In this document: positions 33,352-44,587 of the stretch, piece by piece
How positions within the stretch are numbered: the first letter of the stretch is position 1
Layout: each line of letters begins with the position of its first letter
Assembly: GCA_934446065.1 (NCBI GenBank)
Contig: CAKSDP010000006.1
Span: forward strand, 11,032-75,031
Direction of reading: 5' to 3'
Length of the DNA: 64,000 bases
DNA from: an uncultured Eubacteriales bacterium
GTDB taxonomy: Bacteria; Bacillota; Clostridia; Oscillospirales; CAG-272
Notes under the pieces: generated by a model
Database searches by the model: none
Seen by the model: the letters and a program-made list of their open reading frames with translations, nothing else
Told to the model about the DNA's origin: nothing
Translations under genes and position numbers: made by a program

Positions 33352-34761
33352 ATGGAAGAAACAAAGAAATCCGAAAAACTTGCAGAAAAGCTTCTGGCAA
33401 AGAAGAAGAGCGCCTTTGAGGTGCTCGACGCCGAAACGCTTGACTGCGCTATGAAATATGCAGAGGGATACAAGGACTACCTTGATTCCGGTAAGACCGA
33501 GCGCGAGATCACAAAGAGCACCGAAAAGATCCTGCGCGAGCACGGATATACCGAATACACCATCGGCGACGATCTTCACGCCGGCGGCAAGTATTTCTAC
33601 AACAACAAGGGCAAGAACATCTATGCGTTCCGCATCGGCAGCCGCCCGGTGAGCGAGGGCATACGTATCCTCGCAGCGCATATCGACTCGCCTCGCCTCG
33701 ACCTCAAGCAGAATCCGCTGTATGAGGATTCTGGCATCGGATATCTCAAGACACATTACTACGGCGGCATACGCAAGTATCAGTGGGTCACGCTTCCGCT
33801 TGCACTGCACGGAACAGTCATCCTTTCCGACGGCACATCCGTTGACGTGACCATCGGCGAGGACGCGGGCGATCCCGTGTTCTGCGTGACCGATCTTCTC
33901 CCGCACCTCGGACGCAAACAGTCCGCCGAGCCTCTCGGCACCGCTTTCAAGGGCGAGAATCTCAGTATCCTTGTGGCTTCGGCGCCTTATATGGAGGACG
34001 GAGAAGCCGTCACCGACAACGGTGTCAAGCTTTCAGTCATGAACTATCTGTTTGAAAAGTACGGCATGACCGAGGAGGACTTCATCAGCGCCGAGCTTTG
34101 CGCTGTTCCCGCAGGAAAATCGGTTGATGTAGGTCTCGATCGCTGGATGATCGGCGCCTACGGCCACGACGATACCGTGTGCGCTTATCCCGCACTCACC
34201 GCACTTCTCGAGAGCGATGATTCCGAGAACACGGTGCTGTGCGCACTTGTAGATAAAGAGGAGACCGGCAGCGACGGCAACACCGGTATGCAGTCGCGTC
34301 TGCTCTGCGACATAATCGACTGCATCGCATCCGCAATGGGCGAAAAGGGAGCCGTTGTCCGCGCCGCATCTATGTGCTTGTCCGCAGACGTTACCGCGTG
34401 CTACGACCCGCTCTATTCCGACGTGTTCGATAAGATGAATTCGGCATACGCTTCATACGGCGTCGCAATGTCAAAGTATACCGGCGGCGGCGGAAAATCC
34501 TCCACGAACGACGCATCAGCCGAGCTTGTCGGCTACGTACGCCGTGTTTTCGCGGAGCGCGGAGTGCTTTGGCAGACTGCCGAGATGGGCAAGGTTGACG
34601 CAGGTGGCGGCGGAACCGTCGCGAAGTATATCGCAAATCTCAACATCAGCGCAGTTGACATGGGTGTGCCGGTTCTCTCAATGCACGCTCCGTTTGAGCT
34701 GATATCAAAGGCTGATCTCTACACCGCACACCTTGCATTCAAAGCATTCTGCCTCGCATAA
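33352..34761 (+). CDS. M18-family aminopeptidase
   Basis: [12 protein letters not shown], ...[12 protein letters not shown]... and MHAPFE near the C-terminus. GGAGG RBS. Confidence 0.8.
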   Translation: MEETKKSEKLAEKLLAKKKSAFEVLDAETLDCAMKYAEGYKDYLDSGKTEREITKSTEKILREHGYTEYTIGDDLHAGGKYFYNNKGKNIYAFRIGSRPVSEGIRILAAHIDSPRLDLKQNPLYEDSGIGYLKTHYYGGIRKYQWVTLPLALHGTVILSDGTSVDVTIGEDAGDPVFCVTDLLPHLGRKQSAEPLGTAFKGENLSILVASAPYMEDGEAVTDNGVKLSVMNYLFEKYGMTEEDFISAELCAVPAGKSVDVGLDRWMIGAYGHDDTVCAYPALTALLESDDSENTVLCALVDKEETGSDGNTGMQSRLLCDIIDCIASAMGEKGAVVRAASMCLSADVTACYDPLYSDVFDKMNSAYASYGVAMSKYTGGGGKSSTNDASAELVGYVRRVFAERGVLWQTAEMGKVDAGGGGTVAKYIANLNISAVDMGVPVLSMHAPFELISKADLYTAHLAFKAFCLA

Positions 34762-34774
34762 CGGAGGTAGACTC

Positions 34775-35848
34775 TTGCTTGAGAAACTGAAGGCGGCAGA
34801 AGCCCATTATAAGGAACTTGAGCGCGAGCTGTTCGACCCGGATGTAATGGGCAATATCGAAAAGTATACCGCAGTCACCAAGGAATATAAGGATATGTCC
34901 CCGCTCATGGAGAAGTACGCCGAGTATAACCGCGCGCTTGCCGTTTGTGAGGATGCAAGATCAATGATGAACGACGAGGAGGACGCCGAGCTGCGTCACC
35001 TCGCCGCCGAAGAATACAAAAGTGAGTCGGAAAAGCTCGAGCGGCTTGCGGACGAGCTTAAAATGCTCCTCCTGCCCGCCGATCCCAACGACAGCCGCAA
35101 CGTCGTCGTCGAGATACGTGCAGGCGTGGGCGGCGAGGAAGCTGCACTGTTTGCAGGCGTGCTGTACCGGATGTACTGTATGTATTCCGATTCACACAAG
35201 TACAAGATTGAGCGCGTCGGCGAGAACGAAACGGGACTCGGCGGCTTCAAGGAGATCACGTTTATCGTAAAGGGTGAAGGCGCGTATTCGCGCTTCAAAT
35301 ACGAGAGCGGCGTTCACAGAGTCCAGCGCGTTCCGGAGACCGAGACCTCCGGCAGGATCCACACCTCCACTGCGACCGTCGCGGTCCTTCCGGAGGCGGA
35401 GGATGTCGAGGTCGAGATCGCGCCCGGAGACATCGAGATCGAAACGATAAAGTCGAGCGGAGCCGGCGGACAGCACGTCAATAAGACGGAGTCCGCGATC
35501 CGCCTTCTCCATAAGCCTACGGGCATCGTCGTCGAGTGCCAGGATGAGCGCAGTCAGTACAAGAACAAAGACAAGGCGATGAAGATCCTTCGCACAAAAC
35601 TCTACGATATGAAGCAGAAGGAGCAGAGCGACAAGATTGCGGGAGAAAGACGGCTTCAGGTCGGCAGCGGCGATCGCAGCGAGCGCATCCGCACATACAA
35701 TTTTCCGCAGGGACGCGTCACCGATCACCGTATCGGTCTGACGCTTTATTCACTTGATACATTCGTTGACGGGGACATCGATCGCATGATCGATGCACTC
35801 GCAACTGCCGATGCAGCGGAAAGACTGCGCGGCGAGGATTTGAAATGA
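34775..35848 (+). CDS. prfA: Peptide chain release factor 1
   Basis: [11 protein letters not shown] (GGQ) and [17 protein letters not shown] (P-x-T tripeptide, RF1 type). Start set to TTG 34775, 6 nt after GGAGG. The listed ATG at 34733 lies inside the upstream gene. Confidence 0.93.
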   Translation: MLEKLKAAEAHYKELERELFDPDVMGNIEKYTAVTKEYKDMSPLMEKYAEYNRALAVCEDARSMMNDEEDAELRHLAAEEYKSESEKLERLADELKMLLLPADPNDSRNVVVEIRAGVGGEEAALFAGVLYRMYCMYSDSHKYKIERVGENETGLGGFKEITFIVKGEGAYSRFKYESGVHRVQRVPETETSGRIHTSTATVAVLPEAEDVEVEIAPGDIEIETIKSSGAGGQHVNKTESAIRLLHKPTGIVVECQDERSQYKNKDKAMKILRTKLYDMKQKEQSDKIAGERRLQVGSGDRSERIRTYNFPQGRVTDHRIGLTLYSLDTFVDGDIDRMIDALATADAAERLRGEDLK

Positions 35849-36912
35849 CAACCACAATATATAAGATCGAAAATACGGAAAACCCTACTGCGGCGGATAA
35901 CGAGTGCCTTGCCCGCGCCGGCGAGATAATACGGGCGGGCGGACTTGTCGCGTTTCCGACGGAAACAGTGTACGGACTCGGAGCATCCGCATACAGCAGC
36001 GAGGCGGCAGGAAAAGTCTATTCCGCGAAGGGCAGACCGTCAGATAATCCACTCATAGTCCATGTTGCCGACCCTGCCGAAGCCGAAAGGTTCGCGCACA
36101 TCACACCTGTGTTCCGCGATCTCGCCGAGCGTTTTATGCCCGGACCGATCACGGTCATTATGCAGAAGCGTGACTGTGTGCCCGACGGTGTGACGGGCGG
36201 ACTTGATACGGTAGCGATACGCTGTCCGTCGAACAGAGTCGCCTCGGCTCTCATACGTCATGCCTCAGTTCCCGTTGCAGCTCCGTCAGCAAATCTTTCG
36301 GGAAAGCCGTCTCCGACTGTCGCCGCTCACGTGATCGACGATCTGTCGGGCAGAGTCGATATGATAATCGACGGCGGCGACTGCACATTCGGGCTTGAGT
36401 CTACCGTTATAAGGCCCGAGAGTGACGGATCTCTGAGACTGCTCAGACCCGGAGCTGTAAGCGCGGAAATGCTGAGGGACGCCGGATATATCGTAAATGT
36501 CGATCCTGCAGTCACTGATCCTGCTGCCGCAGGCGATCACCCGCAGTCACCGGGAATGAAGTACAAGCATTACGCCCCTGCGGCGAAGCTTTACCTCATT
36601 GATATGTCGCAGACTCGACGCAGCTATGCCGAAGTCGTAGCCGAAATGGAGCGCGGCAAAAGCGGTGCTTTTTCCGTTGTCGCATACGATGGCGATACCG
36701 ACGGACTCCCTGAGGGTTGTGAAGTATTCCCGTGCGGCGACAAAGCTTCAAGCAGTGAATACGCACACGGACTTTTCGCGTATCTGCGACGCGCCGACAA
36801 GGACGGATGCAGCCGCATATATGCGCCGCTCCCCCGGAAGGACGGGATAGGACTTGCGGTATACAACCGCATAATCCGTGCCTCCGGCGGGGAGATCGTC
36901 AGACCTCTATAA
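35845..36912 (+). CDS. tsaC: L-threonylcarbamoyladenylate synthase (Sua5/YwlC type, with Sua5 C-domain)
   Basis: [16 protein letters not shown] and [11 protein letters not shown]. Its ATG overlaps the prfA stop (ATGA). Confidence 0.9.
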   Translation: MTTTIYKIENTENPTAADNECLARAGEIIRAGGLVAFPTETVYGLGASAYSSEAAGKVYSAKGRPSDNPLIVHVADPAEAERFAHITPVFRDLAERFMPGPITVIMQKRDCVPDGVTGGLDTVAIRCPSNRVASALIRHASVPVAAPSANLSGKPSPTVAAHVIDDLSGRVDMIIDGGDCTFGLESTVIRPESDGSLRLLRPGAVSAEMLRDAGYIVNVDPAVTDPAAAGDHPQSPGMKYKHYAPAAKLYLIDMSQTRRSYAEVVAEMERGKSGAFSVVAYDGDTDGLPEGCEVFPCGDKASSSEYAHGLFAYLRRADKDGCSRIYAPLPRKDGIGLAVYNRIIRASGGEIVRPL

Positions 36913-36942
36913 CATATTATTTATTCGGAGCGAGTATAAGAA

Positions 36943-39174
36943 ATGGCGAAAAAGAAGAAAACGACAACATCGGCGATAGTTGAGGCGGAAATTGAAAATC
37001 AGCCGATAACGGATACAATTGAGAAAAACTATATGCCGTATGCGATGAGCGTTATGGTGTCGCGCGCAATACCGGAGATCGACGGTTTCAAGCCGTCGCA
37101 CCGTAAGCTCCTTTATACGATGTACAAAATGGGGCTGATGACGGGACCGCGTACCAAGAGTGCGAACGTTGTCGGTCAGACGATGAAGCTCAATCCTCAC
37201 GGCGACGCGGCGATCTACGATACGATGGTGCGCCTTACGCGCGGCAACGAGACGCTGCTTCATCCGTTTGTAGATTCCAAGGGAAGCTTCGGCAAGCATT
37301 ACAGCACCGATATGGCGTGCGCCGCCCCCCGTTATACCGAGGTAAAGCTCGACTCCTTCTGCGGTGAGATATTCCGCGGGATCGACAAGGACGCGGTCGA
37401 TATGGTGCCGAACTACGACAACACCATGACCGAGCCGACGCTGCTTCCCACATCATTCCCGAATATTCTTGTATCACCGAACGTCGGTATTGCGGTAGGT
37501 ATCGCATCGAAAATCTGCTCGTTCAATCTCGGCGAGGTCTGCGATGGAACGATAAGACTCCTCCGACACCCGAATCTCACCGCAGAGAAGATGCTCGATT
37601 ACATCAAGGCTCCAGATTTTGCCGGCGGCGGCTACCTCGTCTACGACCGCGAGAAGCTTCTCTCCGTGTACAAAACCGGAAAGGGAAATATCACGCTTCG
37701 CGCAAGATACAGCTACGATCGCGACAACAACTGTATCGATATACTTCAGATACCGTATTCCACTTCGATCGAGAAGATCATGTCACGCGTGACGGAGCTT
37801 GTCCGCGACGGCAAGCTGCGTGAGATTACCGATTTCCGCGACGAGATCGACCTCTCCGGCTTCAAGCTTACATTCGACCTGCGCAGCGGAGTCGATCCGG
37901 ATGCCCTGATGGCGAAGCTCTACAAGCTCACCCCGCTCGAGGACGATTTTTCCTGCAACTTCAACCTGCTTATCGACGGCTCGCCCCGCCTGCTCGGCAT
38001 CATTGACATACTGCGCGAGTGGATCAGATTCAGAGTGGGATGTATCCGCCGTGAGCTGACGTTCGACCTCGCAAAGAAAAAGGACAAGCTTCATCTCCTT
38101 CGCGGACTCGGCAAGATTCTTCTTGATATTGACAAAGCGATAAAGATAATCCGCGAGACCGAGCGCGAAGCCGACGTTGTTCCGCGCCTGATGGACGGAT
38201 TCCGGATCGATCAGATACAGGCTGAATACATCGCGGAGATCAAGCTGCGCCACCTCAACCGCGAGTACATCATAAACAAAATCAAGGAGATCGAGTCTCT
38301 CCAAAAAGAGATAACAGACCTCGAGGAGACGATCGGCGACGAGCTGCGGATCAAGGAGCTGATCATATCGCAGCTTCAGGAGATCAAGAAAAAATACGCA
38401 ACCCCGCGCAAAACAATGTTTATTGATCCTGCCGATATAACCGAGGCTCCCGATGAGGAAGAGGAAGAGAATTACGAGTGCCGCATAATCCTAACTGAGC
38501 ACGGCTACTTCAAGAAGATCACAATGCAGTCGCTCAAGCGGAGCGAGGATCACCGCTTCAAGGAGGGTGATTCGATACGCAACTCCTACGATACCGACAA
38601 CCGCGCGGAGCTTATGATATTTTCCGACAGATGCCAGTGCTACAAGGCAAAAGCATCCGATTTTGAGCCGCAGAAGGCGTCCGTACTCGGAGAATATCTC
38701 CCCGCAAAAATGGGATTTGACGACGGCGAGCGCGCGATAATGCTGCACGCATATTCCGAAATATCGGACAGCGATCACGTCATATTCATCTTCGAGAACG
38801 GAAAGGGCGTTCGCGTACCGCTGTCGGCGTATCTGACAAAGGGCACAAGGCGCAAACTCACCGGAGCATATTCCGATGCGTCGCCGATCGTCGCCGTGAT
38901 CTACGAGCGCGAACCGACCGATCTTCTCATCTATTCAAGCGAGGGAAGAGCGATACTTATAAAGTCTGAGCTTATCCCCATAAAGACAACGCGCACCGCA
39001 GCGGGCGTGCAACTAATAAATCTCAAGAGCGGACAAAAGGTCGAGCACGTCTACATCGGCGATATGATCGCGGGTGTCGGCGACACATCAAAGTGCCGCA
39101 AGCATAAGATCCCTGCCACAGGCGCCGCCTTCACTCCCGGAGACGGCGGTCAGCTCGGCATGATCGTAGAATAA
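36943..39174 (+). CDS. parC: Type IIA topoisomerase subunit A, ParC-like (no adjacent B subunit)
   Basis: MPYAMSVMVSRAIPEIDGFKPSHRKLLYTM and the catalytic Tyr context AAPRYTEVKL. It is 743 aa, and I saw no GyrA-box (QRRGGKG-like) in the C-terminal domain. Confidence 0.7.
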   Translation: MAKKKKTTTSAIVEAEIENQPITDTIEKNYMPYAMSVMVSRAIPEIDGFKPSHRKLLYTMYKMGLMTGPRTKSANVVGQTMKLNPHGDAAIYDTMVRLTRGNETLLHPFVDSKGSFGKHYSTDMACAAPRYTEVKLDSFCGEIFRGIDKDAVDMVPNYDNTMTEPTLLPTSFPNILVSPNVGIAVGIASKICSFNLGEVCDGTIRLLRHPNLTAEKMLDYIKAPDFAGGGYLVYDREKLLSVYKTGKGNITLRARYSYDRDNNCIDILQIPYSTSIEKIMSRVTELVRDGKLREITDFRDEIDLSGFKLTFDLRSGVDPDALMAKLYKLTPLEDDFSCNFNLLIDGSPRLLGIIDILREWIRFRVGCIRRELTFDLAKKKDKLHLLRGLGKILLDIDKAIKIIRETEREADVVPRLMDGFRIDQIQAEYIAEIKLRHLNREYIINKIKEIESLQKEITDLEETIGDELRIKELIISQLQEIKKKYATPRKTMFIDPADITEAPDEEEEENYECRIILTEHGYFKKITMQSLKRSEDHRFKEGDSIRNSYDTDNRAELMIFSDRCQCYKAKASDFEPQKASVLGEYLPAKMGFDDGERAIMLHAYSEISDSDHVIFIFENGKGVRVPLSAYLTKGTRRKLTGAYSDASPIVAVIYEREPTDLLIYSSEGRAILIKSELIPIKTTRTAAGVQLINLKSGQKVEHVYIGDMIAGVGDTSKCRKHKIPATGAAFTPGDGGQLGMIVE

Positions 39175-39219
39175 ACCGGCAATGTCCGGATTTTTCAAAG
39201 GAAAAAGGAACTACCTAAA

Positions 39220-39819
39220 ATGAAAAACGAAAAGAAACTGAGAGTAATTGCAGCAGTGTGCGCGATAGTTGTCAGCAGCGCCGTAACCGTCTATGCCGCA
39301 TACGACAGTTCAAAGGATCCCGTAGTCTCGCTCAGCTACCTGACCGAGGTATTCAAGCCGAGCGTCAAGAGCGATCTGAAGTCCGAGCTTTCCGGAGACG
39401 TCAAAAATCAGGTCGCCTCCGCAAAAAACGATCTTTCGGGCGAGATTTCACAGATGAAAAATTCGATCTCGGATGAGCTTTATTCAAAGCTGTCTGATGA
39501 TTACGCCGCAACGATCGCCGCTCTGCAGCGTCAGGTTGACGCGCTGTCCAACGTCTACGCCGAAGTTGCAATGCAGAAGAACGCAAGACTCACCGCAGAT
39601 GCGGCGTCTGAGATCGTCGTGCTTTCAGGCTCCGTTACAGTCCGCTGCAGCGATCCCGATTCCGGCATCATCGACTGCACCGACGGCGTGATCCTGTATG
39701 ACGGTCAGAGCGTTCCCGCAAATCACAAGCTGCTCGTGCCGCAGAACGGTGACGGACGCGGAGTTACGGCTTCCACCGCCGTAACTCTCCTTGTAAGAGG
39801 AGGCTACACCCTTGGCTGA
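39220..39819 (+). CDS. Hypothetical secreted/anchored coiled-coil protein
   Basis: Signal-anchor MKNEKKLRVIAAVCAIVVSSAVTVYA, an S/K/D-rich coiled-coil segment and a beta-rich C-terminus. It overlaps the next gene by 8 nt. Confidence 0.5.
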   Translation: MKNEKKLRVIAAVCAIVVSSAVTVYAAYDSSKDPVVSLSYLTEVFKPSVKSDLKSELSGDVKNQVASAKNDLSGEISQMKNSISDELYSKLSDDYAATIAALQRQVDALSNVYAEVAMQKNARLTADAASEIVVLSGSVTVRCSDPDSGIIDCTDGVILYDGQSVPANHKLLVPQNGDGRGVTASTAVTLLVRGGYTLG

Positions 39820-41623
39820 GAAACACAGAGACAGGACTGAGCGGACGAGACGCGTCGTCTGCCTCATCCTTGTAATACTCATGGTGCTCGGGTGTGCTTC
39901 TTATACCGTGATGTTCCTCATAGCAGGTGCAGTCTCCGCTTCGGCGGCTGACAACAACCCGCTCATGAGTATCGGAATAGCATACGGCGACAGCGCCGCC
40001 TCGAGCTTCCGTACATACTCCGATTCCGGTCATCTCGTGCTTGCACAGAATCCGGACGGCGCAAGGGAAAGCCTTGCGATATGGGAGCTTTCCGACAAAA
40101 CTCTCATTACGGTTCCGCATAAAGAGCTCAACAGCTTTTCCGGCATGAGCTTTGCGGGCAACCGCGTCGAGCTTTCGAGCAAATTCAGCTCCATCTCCGA
40201 TGCAAAAGCAATGATGTCGCGCCTTTCCGGCGTATGCTCTCAGAACGGATGGTACACCATCCCCGCATACATTGACGGATATTTTCGCGTGCGCGTCGGT
40301 ACGTTCCGCACGTATTCGGCAGCGGAGAGTGCCGCCGCAACGATCAGATCGTCCGTCGGCGAGGACGCATATGCGCTTACCATCTCCGATACGGAAGTCT
40401 CTATTCTCTCCGAGGACGGCTCCACAAAATTTGAATTTGACGGACGGGGCGCGACAAACGTCGGGCTGACCCCGCTCGGCAGCAGCTACATCCGCACCGA
40501 CGCGGGCTACAATTATCGCGGAAGCCTTATGCTGCGCCGTGACGGATCGGTCCTCACCGTTATAAACATACTTGAGCTTGAGGCGTATATCGAGGGCGTT
40601 CTGCCTTATGAGATCAGCAACTCATGGCCTGCGGAATCGCAGAAAGCGTTCGCCATAGCCGCACGCTCCTACGCGATCGGCAATCGCGGCAAGCACTATA
40701 AGTCATACGGCTTTGACCTCTGTTGTACGACCAACTGTCAGGTCTACCGCGGACACGGCAGCGTAAACGATGCCGTAAGATCCGCCGTCGCGGCAACTGC
40801 CGGTCAGGTGCTCAGCTATAACGGACGTGCAGTTTCGCTTTTTTATTCCTCGAGTACCGGCGGATGCACCGTCAGCGCCGAGGACTGTTGGGGCGGCACA
40901 GGCGCACCGTACCTGACTGCCGTACAGACTCCGTGGGAGAGATATACCGAATACTCCAACGGTGTGTGGGCAACGGAGGTAACACCCGCTGAGCTTTGCA
41001 CATATCTTAGGAATAAAGGATATACGACCCTCTCCGGCGAGATCTCGAACGTCAGCGTCACGTCCCTCGCCAAGGATTCGTCGTATGTGAAATCAATCAC
41101 GTTTACCGATACATATGGAAACAGCGTCACCGTTACCAATACCGATAAAGTAAGAACAACACTCGGCGCATACGTAAAAAGTGCGAATTTTACGGTCGCA
41201 CGCGGGAAGAATAACTACGTGGTGCAGATCGTAACGCCGAATACCGAGCGAATCCCATATAATTCGTTCAATCCCGGATCGTTCAACCTCATGACCGCAT
41301 CCGGTCAGATATCGTCCGGCGGTGCTGCTGCACGCGTCATCTCCGGTTCCGGTATGTCGGATCTCAGCTGCAGCGCGTATATCATTACCGCTGACGGCGG
41401 ATCGAGCGACGTTGTGAACGGATATAAGGTTTCGTATGAGGATCGCTCGTACACGGCGTCCTCCTCCCAGAATTTCGTATTTGCCGGAAAAGGTTGGGGA
41501 CACGGCGTAGGTCTGAGCCAGTGGGGCGCACATGATCTCGCCAACTTCGGATACAGCTATAAGGATATCCTCAATATGTATACTCCGAATCTTACGATAA
41601 CGTATGTATCATCGGTTACCTGA
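39812..41623 (+). CDS. SpoIID/LytB-domain protein (oversized, with a SPOR-like N-terminal region)
   Basis: LELEAYIEGVLPYEISNSWPAESQKAFAIAARSYA and the C-terminal GKGWGHGVGLSQWGA bracket a SpoIID/LytB fold. YFRVRVGTFRTYSAAESAAATIRS resembles a SPOR repeat. TTG start 9 nt after GAGGAGG. Confidence 0.8.
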   Translation: MAEKHRDRTERTRRVVCLILVILMVLGCASYTVMFLIAGAVSASAADNNPLMSIGIAYGDSAASSFRTYSDSGHLVLAQNPDGARESLAIWELSDKTLITVPHKELNSFSGMSFAGNRVELSSKFSSISDAKAMMSRLSGVCSQNGWYTIPAYIDGYFRVRVGTFRTYSAAESAAATIRSSVGEDAYALTISDTEVSILSEDGSTKFEFDGRGATNVGLTPLGSSYIRTDAGYNYRGSLMLRRDGSVLTVINILELEAYIEGVLPYEISNSWPAESQKAFAIAARSYAIGNRGKHYKSYGFDLCCTTNCQVYRGHGSVNDAVRSAVAATAGQVLSYNGRAVSLFYSSSTGGCTVSAEDCWGGTGAPYLTAVQTPWERYTEYSNGVWATEVTPAELCTYLRNKGYTTLSGEISNVSVTSLAKDSSYVKSITFTDTYGNSVTVTNTDKVRTTLGAYVKSANFTVARGKNNYVVQIVTPNTERIPYNSFNPGSFNLMTASGQISSGGAAARVISGSGMSDLSCSAYIITADGGSSDVVNGYKVSYEDRSYTASSSQNFVFAGKGWGHGVGLSQWGAHDLANFGYSYKDILNMYTPNLTITYVSSVT

Positions 41624-41636
41624 CACGGAGGTCATC

Positions 41637-42896
41637 TTGCAGAATCCACATACAAAAAACAGACTTACGTACAAAAGTACGCTTTACGCCTGCTATCTCG
41701 GATACATCACGCAGGCGATAGTCGTAAATCTCACCCCGCTTTTCTTCGTTATTTTCAAGGACAGCTTCGGTCTTACAAACGGGCAGATGGGTACGGTCGT
41801 GCTTGTGCTGTTCGCAGTTCAGCTTGCAGTTGACCTCGCCTCGGTCTGGTTTGTCGATCGCGTCGGCTACAAAAGATGCGCCGTCACCGCGCATATATTT
41901 GCCGGTGCAGGGCTTATCCTCCTCGGTATACTCCCGAGGATCATGAGCAACAGCTACGCCGGGATCATGGTGTCGATCGTGGTCTCATCAGTCGGCGCAG
42001 GACTCATCGAGGTGCTTATCAGCCCGATCGTCGATCTGCTTCCGGCAGAATCGAAGGCATCGGCGATGAGCCTTCTTCACGCATTCTACTGTTGGGGACA
42101 GGTCGCGGTCGTCGCCGTATCAACACTTGTCTTGACCGTGATCGGACACGGTAAGTGGTACATCCTCCCCATCCTCTGGGCGATCGTTCCCCTTGGCAAT
42201 TCCGTGTTCTTCAAATTTGTGCCGATTCCCGATCCCGTTCCCGAGGAGGAGGGCGGCAGTCTCGGCAAACTTGTGCTCACGAAAACGTTCATGCTGTCGG
42301 CGTATCTCATGCTTGCCGCAGCAATGTCCGAGGTCTCGATGTCGCAGTGGGCATCGTACTTCGCTGAGCGCGGTCTCGGTATACCGAAGGTCATGGGCGA
42401 TCTTCTCGGACCGTGCCTTTTCGCTGTCTGTATGGGTACCGGACGTACTCTCTACGGTATATTCGGCGCGAAACTGAAGCTCGCGCGTGCGCTTACATCA
42501 TGCGCGCTGATCTGTACGGTCGGCTATCTTCTCGCTTCTCTCGTACCGAATCCGGCAGTCTCTCTCGCAGGCTGTGCACTCATCGGACTCGGCGTCAGCC
42601 TCATGTGGCCCGGTACGCTCAGCTTTGCTTCGGCAGCTATTCCCGGAGGAGGCACAAAGCTGTTTTCGCTGCTCGCCCTCTCGGGTGACATCGGCTGTTC
42701 ACTCGGACCGTGGCTTACGGGTATTATCTCTGATGCCGCAACATCATCGGGACTTGCCGATCAAATGGCGGGCATATTCGGCATCGGGGTCGAGCAGGCG
42801 GCACTTAAAATCGGGCTATTGCTTATCGTAGTATTCCCGATCACCGCTGTGATCGCAGTCAGACTTCTCTCAAAGCACACAAAGGAACAGCACTGA
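41637..42896 (+). CDS. MFS transporter
   Basis: 12 TM helices with a two-fold repeat pattern. Start set to TTG 41637, 6 nt after GGAGG and after the upstream stop. The listed ATG at 41604 lies inside the previous gene. Confidence 0.7.
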   Translation: MQNPHTKNRLTYKSTLYACYLGYITQAIVVNLTPLFFVIFKDSFGLTNGQMGTVVLVLFAVQLAVDLASVWFVDRVGYKRCAVTAHIFAGAGLILLGILPRIMSNSYAGIMVSIVVSSVGAGLIEVLISPIVDLLPAESKASAMSLLHAFYCWGQVAVVAVSTLVLTVIGHGKWYILPILWAIVPLGNSVFFKFVPIPDPVPEEEGGSLGKLVLTKTFMLSAYLMLAAAMSEVSMSQWASYFAERGLGIPKVMGDLLGPCLFAVCMGTGRTLYGIFGAKLKLARALTSCALICTVGYLLASLVPNPAVSLAGCALIGLGVSLMWPGTLSFASAAIPGGGTKLFSLLALSGDIGCSLGPWLTGIISDAATSSGLADQMAGIFGIGVEQAALKIGLLLIVVFPITAVIAVRLLSKHTKEQH

Positions 42897-42923
42897 TATA
42901 CTGATTAAAAAGGAGCGTATCAA

Positions 42924-43781
42924 GTGAGTAAAAAAGAAAGATCATCCGAAAAGAAAAAGAGAAAACCCGGCTCCCTCATCGCGGAAATGCGTGAGCACAA
43001 GGTCACCTTCACCGTATATATCATCCTGCGAATGCTTGTCATCGCGGCAATTGTGATATCGGTCCTGCGCGGCAACTATGAAAACGTTTTTGTCTGCGTC
43101 CTCACCCTTGTCCTGCTCCTCATCCCGCAGATAATAGAGCGCAGCTTCAAGGTGAACCTTCCGGACGTGCTCGAGGTGATAATACTCCTGTTCGTATTCG
43201 CCGCCGAAATTCTCGGCGAGCTTCAGTGCTACTATATTAAGTACCCGTATTGGGATACGATGCTTCATACCATAAACGGATTCATATGCGCTGCGGCGGG
43301 CTTTGCCCTTGTGGATGTGCTCAACCGCAACGAGAAGATCAAGCTTTCGCTAAGCCCGATCTATATGGCTATCGTCGCGTTCTGCTTCTCGATGACTGTC
43401 GGCGTGCTGTGGGAGTTCTTTGAGTTCGGGTGCGACAGACTGCTTCTCACCGATATGCAGAAGGACACCGTCGTACAGACAATCTCTTCCACAATGCTCG
43501 ATCCAACCGGTTCTAACAAAGCCGTGATAATAAGTGATATAAACGAGACCACCGTGAACGGGGAAGTGCTCGGCGTCGCCGGATATCTCGATGTCGGTCT
43601 TTACGATACGATGAAGGATCTGTTTGTAAACTTCATCGGCGCGGTCGTGTTCAGCGTGATCGGTTTTATCTACGTTAAAAATCGCGGTAAAAAGAAGAGC
43701 ATCGCCGCTCTCTTTATCCCGACGCTGAAGGAAGGCGATGACGGCGAGAATAACACCTCCGACAGTGACAAAAACGAATAA
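42924..43781 (+). CDS. Hypothetical polytopic membrane protein with a lysine-rich N-terminus and acidic C-terminus
   Basis: GTG start behind AAGGAG. Five or six TM helices. No motif that I can place with confidence. Confidence 0.5.
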   Translation: MSKKERSSEKKKRKPGSLIAEMREHKVTFTVYIILRMLVIAAIVISVLRGNYENVFVCVLTLVLLLIPQIIERSFKVNLPDVLEVIILLFVFAAEILGELQCYYIKYPYWDTMLHTINGFICAAAGFALVDVLNRNEKIKLSLSPIYMAIVAFCFSMTVGVLWEFFEFGCDRLLLTDMQKDTVVQTISSTMLDPTGSNKAVIISDINETTVNGEVLGVAGYLDVGLYDTMKDLFVNFIGAVVFSVIGFIYVKNRGKKKSIAALFIPTLKEGDDGENNTSDSDKNE

Positions 43782-43787
43782 ACAAAA

Positions 43788-43828
43788 GGGTATGTCTCAC
43801 ACAAACGCGGGACATACCCCATTTTTAT
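43788..43828. terminator. Bidirectional rho-independent terminator
   Basis: 9-bp stem GGGTATGTC (43788-43796) pairs with GACATACCC (43811-43819). ATTTTTAT lies downstream and an A-rich run upstream. It sits between convergent genes. Confidence 0.85.
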
Positions 43829-44568
43829 CCGGCTCCTCCGAGCTTTTCCCTCAGATAGGTGAATATTTTCTTTTCCTCGCGCGATATCTTGACCTGCGTC
43901 AATCCCAGCAGCCGCGCAGTCTCCTTCTGTGAGAGATCGCGGTAATATCTGAGCGTTACAATGCGCCGCCAAAGGGGCGGAAGCGTGGAAAGGCTCTCTC
44001 GCAGCGCTATCATCTCAAGCGCCGGGTCGATTGCGTCATCGGCGGGAATAGTGTCCCCGAGCGTCAGCTCGCCGTCGCCGCCGATCTCATCTGAAAATGA
44101 TTGAACGGGGCTTTGCGCCTCAAGCGCCTCTGCCGCCTCGAGTACGCTTATCCCGCATCGCTCGGCAAGCAGCTCAAGGTTCGGGGCAACGCCAGTCTCC
44201 TTTGTGATCGCCTCATTCTCGCGCATGAGCATCGCCGCGCACCTCTTGAGATTGCGGCTTACCTTGATCGCCCCGTCGTCTCTCAGAAATCGTCGTATCT
44301 CGCCGAGGATCAGAGGAACGGCATACGTTGAAAACGCCGTCCCCCTTTCGAGATCGAATGTGCGCACCGCGCGCAGAAGTCCTATCGATCCTATCTGCAC
44401 AAGATCCTCAAGCTCTATCCCGCGCCCGATAAATTTCCGTGCTATCTTGTGCACGAGCGGCGAGTTTGCCTCGATCATGCGTGCGAGTGCCTCACTGTCG
44501 CCCGCCTGCACGAGCTTTATTGTCTCAATATTGTTAAGATATGCGGGTGCATTTGTGCCTTGGGTCAA
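43825..44568 (-). CDS. sigF: Sporulation sigma factor SigF
   Basis: Sigma-70 regions 2-4 (DLVQIGSIGLLRAVRTFD, ...LSQKETARLLGLTQVKISREEKK). It is the third gene of a spoIIAA-spoIIAB-sigF operon. TTG start 4-6 nt after GGGGGTGA. Confidence 0.9.
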   Translation of the reverse strand: MTQGTNAPAYLNNIETIKLVQAGDSEALARMIEANSPLVHKIARKFIGRGIELEDLVQIGSIGLLRAVRTFDLERGTAFSTYAVPLILGEIRRFLRDDGAIKVSRNLKRCAAMLMRENEAITKETGVAPNLELLAERCGISVLEAAEALEAQSPVQSFSDEIGGDGELTLGDTIPADDAIDPALEMIALRESLSTLPPLWRRIVTLRYYRDLSQKETARLLGLTQVKISREEKKIFTYLREKLGGAG

Positions 44569-44587
44569 CTCATCACCCCCGCATCAC

